Shown here one piece after another: positions 26,001 through 37,725 of a stretch of 64,000 bases of DNA. Position 1 is the stretch's first letter, and the number at the start of each line of letters is the position of its first letter. A program made the translations under genes and the position numbers. The notes below the pieces were generated by a model that saw only the letters and a program-made list of their open reading frames with translations, did no database searches and had not been told where the DNA came from. The stretch comes from Fimbriosthenelais zetlandica (lineage: Eukaryota), in NCBI GenBank assembly GCA_977030845.1, contig OZ365111.1, positions 45,136,001 through 45,200,000 of the forward strand, given 5' to 3'.

Positions 26001-28692
26001 TCCTTTGTCTGGTTTTCGGTCAGGATTTCCGACTTCAACCATCATCCATCTGCCAGTTTGGAATATCTAAACTCTTCCTAAAAGATGGCAAGGTCTGTCC
26101 TAACTATCTCCCTTAATTCACTCCCTTAGGACATCTATAAATCACTGGGGTTGTTCTGTTCTACCAACAATGGATGCCTTGGGTGTTTCTGGTTCTTATT
26201 ATTATGAATTTGGGAACTAATCAGCCTCCACACGCCTCATTTAGCAGTCCAAATTCTCATTATATTAATTGGATTTGATGCGATGCTTGCAAACAAACCT
26301 AGCAATTCTTGTATGTTGTATGTCCTATTATATGAGATGGTCGTTTACAGCATTGAGTCTCTCTGTTTACAGTTAGAGCGTTTGGAGAGGATGCGGTTGA
26401 AGCTAGCCTCCACCTATGTCTACACATTACAATGTGCATGGAGACGAGTCGTGCAGAGAAAGCGTATGAGACAGCGGGCCGCAGCCACGCGGCTACAGGC
26501 CTGTAAGTGTTTCTATATAATAGATTGGCATCTCAAATACAAATGCACATTAACTGAACATTTGCTTGGGAAATGATGTTGAAAAATGGGCTGACTGGTC
26601 CCATTAGTATCTACCACAGTGGGGTTTCTCCAGGCGAAATATATGATACCCAACCAAATATTTAATCGGGGATGATCGGTTATTTTGAACTGACCCTCTT
26701 TAACCGGGATGCAATTTTCGCGGCAACTTAGAAAGTTGAAAATTCTATTATTATATGTTTTACAACAATTCAGATATTTCCACTGAAGTAAAAAAGAAAT
26801 TTATAAAACAGTATGACCAAAGGATACTGAAAGTAATGATTTCACGTTTATTGCTTGTTAAAAATTGATTTTCGAGTACGGGTCTTTTAAACTTAAAGGA
26901 TTTCACCATTTGCTTGATTTGAATCGTTGGATTAAATTGAAGTGAATTTAATTAATTTTCTGCCCATTCAGCATGGAGGGGTTACATCGAGCGTGTCAAG
27001 TACAGGGCCACACGGGAGGCGGTCAAGACACTACAAGGTGCTGTAAGGTCATGGCTTATGACCCGAAGACGAGCGGCCGAGGCAGCACAACTACAGATGA
27101 TCAGATCACAGGAGGAGGAGATTACCCACTCACCTGATCTCAGATTAACACTATCTGATGATGAGGAGTGGGAGGATGGGGAAGATTGTCTCTCAGAGTT
27201 CTATAGTGCACGCAGTGGAATGACTCAGACCGACTCAGACCCTATCCCGCAAGATGATCACTATCACACACCCATGTCATGTTGCGATACGCCCAGGTCA
27301 TGCCGCGATACACCCATGTCATGTTATGATACGCCTAGGTCATGGTCTGACAAAACCATCACTGAAGATAGCGACTCTAGCAGCAGAAATAACAGCTTAT
27401 GCCATGATACACTGACGGCTAAAATGGACAATTTTGAAACGCCAAAAGCTTCTTTTGCCAGTGTTTATAGAATGGATAAAAATGGTTTCTACACGCCTCA
27501 AGGCAAAGATGGTTGTTATAGGTCAACAAACGAAACTGAAAGTGATGCTATTACATTGTATACATCACCCAGGACAGAGAGAATCCACTCTCTGTCTCCT
27601 CTTACTGTTCCACTACTGCGACACGAGCCCTCGGGCGTTGGTGAAGGGTGGGAAACAGATACTGGGGATATTAATGTTAATGAAGAAGGGAGGAGGAGGA
27701 AGGGGAGAGAAGGGGAGAGGGAGGCCTATGTGGTATGTGAGGAGAGGGAGGATGGGTGCAATACGTATCACATCATGCCCAGCCCATGCCCTGGAGGGAA
27801 GAAGGAGGGAGCTAGTGAGGTGCTACGACGAGTTACAACAGCCATATCCACCACGTATCTCTCCCGCTGGAGGTTCACTCTGGCTGGAGCCTTCAGGGGG
27901 ATACCTTATCTAGAGGCGCAGAATGGAATCATATCCAGACGTAGGATGCCACGGGTGAGTTAGTCACCTGCTCTCTTATCTGATGTAATTATTGTAGAGC
28001 CGCTGTCTATATATGATAATAATGATGTTGTTCAACCTTATAACATCTCTGCTCATCCTTGAATGTGCATCTGGGACCTGTTTCAAAAAAAGTTGCGCTG
28101 CTTTAGCTAATGTTAATTTTATGATTTGATAAGCACCGTTTTTCTGAAACAGGCCCCTGCTGAGTGCTCATAAAGGGTGCACCAAGGGTCTGGGAACATC
28201 AGCCAATGTTAAATCCATGGTGCAGCTTTCTTCTGAAACCGGCCTATGGTGTTTTCATTTTAGCAATTTCTGATTATATGGAAAAAGAATATTGAAATTT
28301 CAATTAAATTTCTTAGATATTAAAAGGATTCTTAGGAAAATAGATGATTAGCACTAACTTAAATGTTAATGAAATAATAAGTTTCTAATCTCATTCTAGT
28401 TTCCATAATTTAACCGAGAATATCTTAATTTTGTTGGACTAAATGTCCTATTGTAAAGCTTTCATGGTTGATGAATTGGAGAAGAGGCAGAAAAGAATGT
28501 TTCTATTAAAAAAAAATAATGGCGGTGGCTCTTGTTTCGCTGTTTGTTCGATCCCATCTGATCCCTGCCTTTTGTCTTTTACATTTACAGGTTCAGATCA
28601 AGTTCCATACCCGAGCCAATCATCTCATGCAGGGCGCCCATTACATCTCTCACCGAGAGTTTGAATGCAGCCTCTCGGATTGCCTGGTTTAA
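11001..28692 (+). CDS. MYO19: Unconventional myosin XIX (mitochondria-associated myosin), ~1180 aa from the identified exons; 5' start exon not found
   Basis: Exons 11001-11103, 11524-11681, 11988-12101, 12541-12602, 17668-17735, 18608-18677, 18877-18979, 20198-20279, 20584-20669, 21244-21331, 21710-21979, 22428-22672, 23051-23275, 23470-23598, 23804-23982, 24663-24874, 25959-26092, 26373-26502, 26972-27954, 28591-28692 splice in frame (3543 nt). Motifs: P-loop GESGAGKT, switch [11 protein letters not shown], switch [16 protein letters not shown], three IQ motifs. Class-XIX-like segments: [30 protein letters not shown], tail RWRFTLA...IKFH. Confidence 0.93.
15606..15917 (+). mobile_element. 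tRNA-derived SINE in MYO19 intron
   Basis: Pol III A-box-like TAGTGGTTAGAGTG (15616-15629) and B-box GGTTCAAACC (15654-15663), followed by ~250 bp of non-tRNA body and an A-rich tail. Boundaries approximate. Confidence 0.75.
22003..22315. repeat. Degenerate ~14-bp tandem repeat (CATCAGCAATTGCC-like) in MYO19 intron
   Basis: Nine CAATTG cores counted in ~310 bp; the first four have 14-bp spacing (22039, 22053, 22067, 22081). Confidence 0.75.
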
Positions 28693-29781
28693 ATGTGTCG
28701 GGCATTCTGGTTATGTCTCTCCATTGCGGTGCATAACCCCCATTACTATATTATGTAATTGGCTTCCAATTGCCAATTTTTAAAGAACACGCTGTTATTG
28801 CATCATCATTTTTTTTTACGTGTACAGAGAGGTCACTGCCAACTACAGAGGCTCGTGAAAAAATTGATTTATATTTTTTTTTAATGTTGTGTAATTTATA
28901 TTATATTTTTTATGTTGTCTTTAAGACTTTTTATCATCATATTATAATGTCATTATAATGAAATATACGGTGGAGAGCGATATCATATGAAAAATCAAAA
29001 TCAAGGTTATTGCCATTTCATCATGGAAAAACTCTTGCAAATTGCATTGGAATAATTATAACAAGTTTACATGGGAAATCCATTCTTATTTAGAATAGGT
29101 GCTATTCTACCTATGTATGAGCCTTTCCATTTTAATGTTTTATCCTTAATTGTGGTTCTTCGCCATTTTTTTTTTTTTTTTTTTTTACCAATTTACATTG
29201 TATTTTACCAGTGCCTTATGAATTTTAATGTCACACTACAACACAAAAAATACCCTATCCACTCACTATACATTACAGAAAACTCTGCTTCCAAACCGCC
29301 TTGATCTTTCACTATTCATTATTATGGATTGTTAATCTTAAGGAAAGGTGTACATAATACAGACGAAACTAGTACCGGTACCGGCATAGAATTATATCTA
29401 AGAGACATCTATCTTAAGCCTACATCAACACGTTAATTTTTATTTATTTAATCAAAATCATTAGATATCTTAAACATGTTTAAAATTATGTTCATCTAAG
29501 ATTGCATGTACATTGCAACACAGCTACACAATTCATAAATAAAATAAAGCAAAACAATTTAATGAATTGAAATTTATTGCTTTCATCCGCAGACATTGTT
29601 TATAGGTCTATTATCATAATTATGTGATGATATATATGCTTTGAAAGACGAAAGACTTCCATCTGATCTTTCAGCGCTTTGCTATGTTTGAGCAAGTAGC
29701 GTCGCGAGTGGCGGGGATGTGAACTAACCACTGCGTTGTAACGGTTTCCGGTGATCGTTGTAACCGGCTGTGTTTTACCCC

Positions 29782-29794
29782 GTTGCCAAGCAAC
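29782..29794. promoter_or_regulatory. RFX X-box candidate upstream of MORN3
   Basis: GTTGCCAAGCAAC fits GTNRCC-N-RGYAAC and lies ~185 bp upstream of the MORN3 ATG in a CpG-richer patch. Confidence 0.6.
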
Positions 29795-29977
29795 CACCAA
29801 GCTGTCAAACATCGCCCACCGTGCTTTCTCCGCCTTATTGTTGTGGAGGTTGTTTTGCTTTTACACGTAGATTTGCACATAAAAACAGACAAACATAAAG
29901 CAACCTCCACCATATGTAGAAGCGGACTCCGTCTGAAACGAAAATCGATCGACTAAGAACTGACAATAACCGAAAAG

Positions 29978-32900
29978 ATGCCCCATCTGAAGGAAAACAA
30001 AGATAAGCTCGAGCCTCTTTGGAAAGAATGGGATCGACTTGCTCAAAAGAAAGGTGTCCGACACACAGTGTATTCTGTTAATTCGGATGAATACACGGGT
30101 GAATGGTTAGACAACAAAAAACACGGTAAGTCTGCCTTGCTCCTTTGACATTAAATAGTAGGAAGGGCAATTATTTCCACTGCCTAATCGCGATTACATC
30201 GGTTGAACAGTTCTAATATCGATTTACCACTCAAAAGGCGGGTCTTCAATGATGTTGCCAACTTTTTCATCCATTCACGGAAATATTGCTTGCCAAACAG
30301 GGCAGAAAGATCCTGCAAGTGGTGATTTTAATCAGTAATGGCTCACTGCTTGAGATAAGTGTAGGTTCTGGTCCACGAAGCAATCATGTAGTGTATCAAA
30401 AACTGATTTAAAATCTGTCGGACTGTCAGTCTCCCTCCCCAGCTCAGCTCCCCTCCCTCCTTCCGCCTTCTATCCTTTCTGCCTCCCTCTCTCCGTCCCT
30501 CTTCTCCCCTCTCTCCGTTTCCACTGTATGATATTTGAATTTTTGCATTAAAAGGGTTTTAATTCTTGTAATATGGCAATATGGCAATTGATAATATTCC
30601 ATCCTATGGCTATAGCCTATACCATGGTTATGTCAAGCTATGATTCCATCTGTGTAAAACTGTATAACTTAATCCATGAAAATATAATTATTCCTAGCCA
30701 GAGTTATAATTGTTTTGGGGAAAAAAATATATTCCGTATTATCTAATAGATAGAATTCAGCACCAATATGTTTGCATCCAACCATGCTGTGCAGCCAATC
30801 CATAATGTCCCAACCTATTGATGTAAGCTTCTAACCCTGGCATCTTTTTTGGATCGGGAACATGTTTGTCCTGATAATGTTATTGGGTGGTTTTAGTATC
30901 GATTCCTCCAGTTAAAGTGCCATGCAGGCCAGCAGCTATGAACCATAGATCCTTTTGCCATCAGAGCTAATGCAAGGCCAGAGAAAAATATCCCTCTGCC
31001 GTGTTATTTGAGCTAAGTATAGAACCATCAATTTCCATCTGTGGTATACAGCTCGATCTTCCCGGATCCAGTGTGATACAAACTTGCAGCCTGTCTACTG
31101 AAGCAAAATAGGAAGGAAATCCTATATTCGATCCATACATATACATCACTCAAGTCTCTAGGCTTACTCCTTAACGCTGGAAAATCAAAACCTCTGGTGC
31201 TTCTCAGGGGGTGTACCAATAATATTGATTTACAACCATGCAGAGTCATAGATGGTGTAAATCGAAGGCCATACCTCAGCCTTCTTTTCCACCACCCTCA
31301 CTTACTGAGCTTAATTTCAAGAAGAAGCGCCTCAAGTCCATAATGGCTGGCAGTGCTGGAGGTTACCATACATTTTATGACATAAATGGAGATGAGTACC
31401 TCGGCCAGTTCAAAGAAAGTAAAAAGCACGGTAGGTCACTCTAATCGATACGGCTGGAGACTTGTTTGCCTCAAAAGATTTCATTTCTCCTCTGGCTGGG
31501 ATGGGGTGGGGCCATTATAGGAGGTAAGGCCTATCGCTTCTTTGGTTGTCAATAACCCAAGAAATTATATCCCGTAATATTTTTTTCAGTGTGTTAAGGC
31601 TTTGATTAATGTACCTTAATATGATAACAGTCATTCCTGATGACACATGTAAGTAATTATGAAATCAATAGACAACCTATTTCACTTTTCACAATTTTAG
31701 TCATTAACATATATGTATTATCTATATATAAAAAGCTGTACATATAGAGCTCTCAGAAAACTCACATCACCGTTTTTGAGGCATGAACATTCACTTGATA
31801 GCTGAATAGACATATATATGCTGTTTTAATTTATTGGTAAAGTTTAAAATGCCAAAAGAAAATACACAGAATACTAATCTATAGTATCCACATGAAATGG
31901 TTATTGCATGTACCACTAGTCTATGCAGGCATGGAAAATTAAATTCAACTTATCTAATGCTGATGTTCATTTGTAGCCGTTAAGATCAGTAAAGGCAATA
32001 ATACCCTAGAACCAGTAACTATTAGAGTAGCATGGAATTATATATATTCATATTGTAAGATGAAAATTAAGCCACCGTCCAAAACTAAACATTTTGAATT
32101 ATTTAATTTGTGTAAACCTTAACACTCATGAAAGATTTAAAATTGCAAAAATTTAACAATTTGTCAAATGCCATTTTTAATGAGCCTCTCTCACTTCTAG
32201 GAAAGGGAACGTACAAATGGAAAGCATCTGGCTCCATCTATGATGGAGACTGGAAGAATGGCCAGAGGAATGGGTATGGCACCTACAGTATACCCAAGGA
32301 AGGGGGTGGATACCAGAAACAATACTCGGGTGGCTGGAAAAATGACAAACGTCACGTAAGCATTCTTCTTAGTTCTGAAAAAAATCTAATTTCTGAACAA
32401 ATTTATTAAAATAAATAAATATAAATGTAGTTTGGTGTCACTATGTTTTCAATAAAATTCTACCATTTCTTAATCAATTTTCCAAATGACTTGATTTTCA
32501 TTTTACATTGTGTTGTTCTTCCATCAGGGTTATGGGACCCATTTCTACGCTGAGAATGAATATTATGAAGGAGAATGGTACGCCGATAAGAGGAGTGGCT
32601 GGGGTCGTATGTATTACTCTGATGGAAAGATATATGAAGGTGAATGGTACGACGATATGAGGAACGGCCAAGGCATGCTGCGATTACGTTAGTATCTTAC
32701 TCTCTAACTTACATAAAACCTCCAGTAGTCGACACCTTTGATTATAGAACAACTCTGAATAGTGATCAATCAATAGGCTACTAGTGAACACTTTCCCACA
32801 CTCACCAAAGTGTTCACTATAATGCGGTTTTACTGTGGTCAAAAAAAATCTTCCTAATAAATTGTGTTGAGTTAGAAGGAAATCATATTCAAATGATAGG

Positions 32901-33388
32901 CATTAACTAAGGTATTGAGATATTAGTCAAAAACATGTTTTGTAACATTCTTTTCATCGATTCTTTTACATTGTTTTGCAGCGAGCGAGAATCGTTATGA
33001 GGGAAGCTGGAAAAACGATAAGAAAAATGGAAATGGTAAATTTTATTATCTAGACAAAGGCCAGCTGTACGAGGGTGTATGGAGCGAGGATATACCGAAA
33101 TCTGGAGAGATGACAGACTTTGACAGAGACACGGCGCCAGATGCTACAAAGTATCCCATACCTACCGTAAGTGGTGATATTCATTAAAAAAAATAATAAT
33201 AATGACTAGTTAAAAGTAAAGACGGGACGTGAAAGCAATCCTTTCTCGCTTTAAATTGAAAAAAGTTTATTCTCAGATATAAATATATTTAATTCTCAAA
33301 AGATTCTTTTATATTTCAGGTTGATTTAGCAGATCCGGAGGGAGTGTTGAGAGAAGCCCAAGAACAACATCTACATGATTTGGAATAA
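29978..33388 (+). CDS. MORN3: MORN repeat-containing protein 3 (238 aa, isoform using exon 1a)
   Basis: Exons 29978-30125, 32201-32355, 32528-32687, 32982-33166, 33320-33388 (717 nt). N-terminus MPHLKE..LWKEWDRLAQKKGVRHTVYSVNSDEYTGEW; repeated YeGeW..d.r.G.G MORN units; C-terminus KYPIPTVDLADPEGVL, as in MORN3 orthologues. Confidence 0.93.
31238..31430 (+). CDS. MORN3: Alternative first coding exon (1b) of MORN3
   Basis: ATG-initiated open frame ending YHTFYDINGDEYLGQFKESKKH-G|gtaggt, paralogous to the exon 1a end RHTVYSVNSDEYTGEWLDNKKH-G|gtaagt, with the same phase-1 donor. Confidence 0.65.
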
Positions 33389-36300
33389 TAAATTCTAACT
33401 TTTAACTTATCATTCTGCATGTTTGTGATCAACCTTAAATATTCATTCTTATAAACGCTATTTAATTACTGATAAAATAATGTCTTTATAATTGATAAAT
33501 TATTTTGGTTTATCAATATTGAAGGTACTACGAGATCGAATGTAGAAATGTCAATGATCTAATTTTGCGGTAGCACTTCATTGGAATTATGTCTATACTT
33601 ATGGAATTAGTGTCAAAGTAACCCCATGGCTATCATGAAATGCCTAAATTTCATCTGCTATGATACAAAAATGTGATTTAATCTCTTGAAAAAGTAATTT
33701 TTTAAATTAGAATTTTTAATTCTTTTACCCATGTCCTTTGTATTATTCCAGCATTTTTGAACATCACACCTGTGATATGAGTTAATACTGTATTTTGCCT
33801 GTCGTATACATGTATATAGTGTGTTTATTTAATGGCACATTTATACAAGATGTATGTTCACTGTAAAATTTATGTAAATACAAATGCTATAAATATATTA
33901 TAGAGTTGATACATTTATTGCATTAACTGCATTAGTTGCAAGAGATATCCCTCAGGACAGGTGCTCTAGAATATGTATGTGTACACCTTGCGGATGGAGG
34001 TAGTGATGGATTGGAACGCAAACCCTTCAACGTAAAAATAGACCTGTACTACATTGTAACATACTAACCTAGACATAAAGGATGTCTATGATACAAGATC
34101 ATACAAGCGTTATGAATCAATGAAAGTTGTGTACCGTAGGTGATGTTTGTAAATTATATTTGTGAAATATATGGGTCCCGATTCTCGTATTGATAACTGG
34201 AGTGTTGAGGGTAGTGTAGGATAGTGGGATATAATCCGCTCATTAAATGACATTAAAGTAACTAAACCAATTCATAGATATGACAAGGGCCTTCGGCCCA
34301 TGTTAAGGGCCCGGTTAAGGGGAACATAGTCCGTGGCATGTAGGCCTAACAATGTTGATTCCTTCGTTTGCCGTATAGGACCCGAGGGCGCCACTGGACG
34401 GTAAGCTCCCGTTCCGACTCTCCGGAAGTAGCCTTTAACTCTCCATCGCCGACAACAGCATTGGCTCGGCGTTTACACGTTAACAGCCGGATTAGCTTTA
34501 CCCTTTTGATTGCGATAAATTCGACATGAAAATCTACCAACGGATTTAAGGTTAGACTCATTTCGGTGCTTTCATAATTCTACAAATGCCCTCTGAAAAT
34601 TGTAAGCGGCCATGTCCCCTATTATCGCTCACTTCCAGTCCCTCGCTGTTTACAAGTTTTCCGGCAGAGTAAGTGTGTTCTTTTGCATGTCATGAATAAT
34701 TTATGGAAATCTACCGACGGATTTCAATTTTGTTACATGTGGGTGCTTTCATAAATTTGTAAACGCTCTCTGAAAATTCCAAGCGAAGCCCCATTGATTT
34801 AGCATTGAGCCTTAGTTCTCACTTTTGCCGGTTGGGGGTAGTGGGATGGGAAGGAAAGTAAACATTATGTTGATTCCTTCGTTTTCACATAGAAAGATCG
34901 TTTGCTCTACGAGTTACGGCGCATACAACAATAACAACCCAGGAAATATATTTCAAAGTGAATTGTACGTCGTTGTAAAGAAGCTACACTGCTGTCTGTT
35001 GAAGAAACAGGAATAGATGAAAGCTATATCTAGGCCCTACCTGCACACATCGAGTCAGTTTTATTTTCATTAAAAAACAATATTTAGCCCTTTTACTATT
35101 ACTACAAACTCCATTTAAGATTGTAGATACACTTTCAATCTATCTACATGTTGAGTTTTGATTTAATTGAACCGTAATTTATTTCAGAAATGGCTTCTGA
35201 GTGTACTGATAGCGCCCCATGCTACGACGCCACCTTCGGGAGAAGCGTGAACTACCGCTCAATGCTATCTCAATGGAAAAATGGTTTTCGCTTCTTTTAT
35301 CGAATATTCAGGACTTCCCTGGCTAAAGACACCATGTAGGCAGGTAGATATATACTTTTCATGTATTTATATTTTGTATTTTGACCACATTGAAGTGTAT
35401 TTTCTCTCGGAAACACTCTGGAATATTCTCATTTTCGTTAGTGCTAATTCAATGTAACACATTTTATTAATCATTTATAAAATATTTAGCCCTTTTACTG
35501 GTCGTAAACTCCATGTAGACACCATGTAGGCAGGTAGATATATATATATACTTTTCATGTATTCATATTTTAATCTATCCATATGTTGTCGTTGACTGAG
35601 TCCTAATATTCAATAATTTTCTTGTGCATCTACCCCACTTCTTAAATCCTTGGATCCAACCCAAATACTTTATCTATTATTTCCAGGTGCCCAAGACATG
35701 GTAATGGTCCCACCTCTGCGTATATACAGCTGATCACCAACACGCACTGACACTGACCAGCTGTCAATATGCACCTAACTCCTCGTTCTCCTTTTAATCT
35801 TTAGATATCCCGATATAGATAGGCCTACCCTTCTGTCCGGCATATCTGGATACTATAGGATGACAAATTCACGTAATCCTTGGATCATGTGTAACGTAAC
35901 CTATCTCATTTTCGAATTGTACAGTCAAACGCTCTGGACTCAATAAAGAGTAGGCTAAATCTACATGGTCTCATGCTTCATTGCGCAGGTAGGTCACCAG
36001 GCCAGGCGCCCGCACACTTCCGCCGCTCACGACTGGAATCAAGCTAAACATGAAATAGAGGAGGGTGTCATTTTCCGTCGGACAAGGACGTGAACAATCC
36101 GTGTCACGACTCTGATTTCGAAAATCTTTAATATCTCGGCAACCACTCGGTCTTTTTAAGAAATTCAAAATGGAAAATCTTGCCTACACCCTGCCCGCCT
36201 TTCCTCCACTGGCTGCCGTGGAGTTCCAGAGCCATAACATTGTAGAGCCGTGATATTTTTGTGTCCCGTTTCCTCTACTTAACCACCCACACAAATTGAG

Positions 36301-37725
36301 ATAGTTCAATCTCCAATTTTTCCGATAGGTAGGCCTATGTCAATGTTTAGAGTTCAGTGATCGCATTGCCCATAGGCGGACCCTCCGAGGCGCCATAGTT
36401 CGTAACTCAACAAGTCTTTTTGAGGTTAGGTAACAAACAAGTAAAAACTGATTATCGTTAAAAAAAATTTATTCAGTTTTTGTAGTTTAAGAAAGAAAGC
36501 GTATCATTTGATAATGTGAACATCTCCGGCCTCACCAACGTTATTTCCTCGGCTTAGCTAACACCCCAGTTCATTCAAGAAGGAATTGATTGGGTAGCAC
36601 CACTGGTAATCCGACCAAAGTAAGGGCTTGTACTTGTAGACAATGTCCTATACTTCCTCACTACTGAACTCCGGTCATATTGAGCCGTCTGTCCAGTCGA
36701 TTTAACTTCTGATATAGAGGCTAGCGTCCATACCAACAAGACCTAATGTGTCTGTGGGACGAAGTCTGTTCAATTTCAATAGTCCACTCCTAAATCCGAA
36801 TCGTTTTGGTGTGTACAACCTATAATAGCCTAAAGATCTCATGTGTGTAATCGGATGCATTTTAATACATCTGAAGACATGACAAAACTGATTAACAGTC
36901 GGTTCAGTGATACCTTGGCTTTACATGAGATCAGATGACATACAAGTAAAGGCTCAAGTCTTTATTATAATATTGGCATGCTCAAGATATATGAAGAGCA
37001 TATTAAATGTACGAACACTTTCTTATAGGGAACCACTCCCCGTCATCACCATAGAAAGTAGTTATTAGGAAAATTCAACATTGATCTATCCAGATTTTGC
37101 ATGGATATAAAGAATATCGACTAACGCTTGTGTATACAGCACTATTTTTATACAAGACATGCATTAAACTAACCAATAGGTGACATGCTCAGGCACAAAA
37201 TATTCACGTGCATTTTTTGTTGCAGTTTCCAAGAAAATACTGAGTTTATGAATAAATTTAGCTTAGATAGACATATAAAGAATATGAATACATTTTCACA
37301 TAACTGTGCGATGCAGAATCTGAATATAAGATATAATCAATCATTTAAAGTAATCATTCCTAAGTTAAGCTATCGATTCATTGAAGACTATTCAACGGTA
37401 CAAGATCCAATGAAACCTTTTTAGAAACTTGTCGTTAAGGATACGTAATAGCGGTCCTAGGCTCTTAGGACAGTGAATCTTTAACCTGATAATAAATCTC
37501 ACAATAGGCCTCACATTCATACGAGAAACACATGCAGTAACACACCTTTTTCAACCCCATACAGAGAAGGATTTAAAGATAAAGAAAATGTCCAAATATC
37601 CTGACATATATCCATATTATAACCAATACATCTTTATCTCATTCTTCCTTATTAATACCTAATAACATTTCCCCCATTCTTTCCACTCATCACAGTTTTT
37701 TTAATATCTATCACAAAATTTCCAT

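Noticed and set aside
34325-35560. Mosaic of 40-100-bp internal duplications between MORN3 and Deltex
   Set aside because: Likely fragments of common non-autonomous elements; no termini could be defined.
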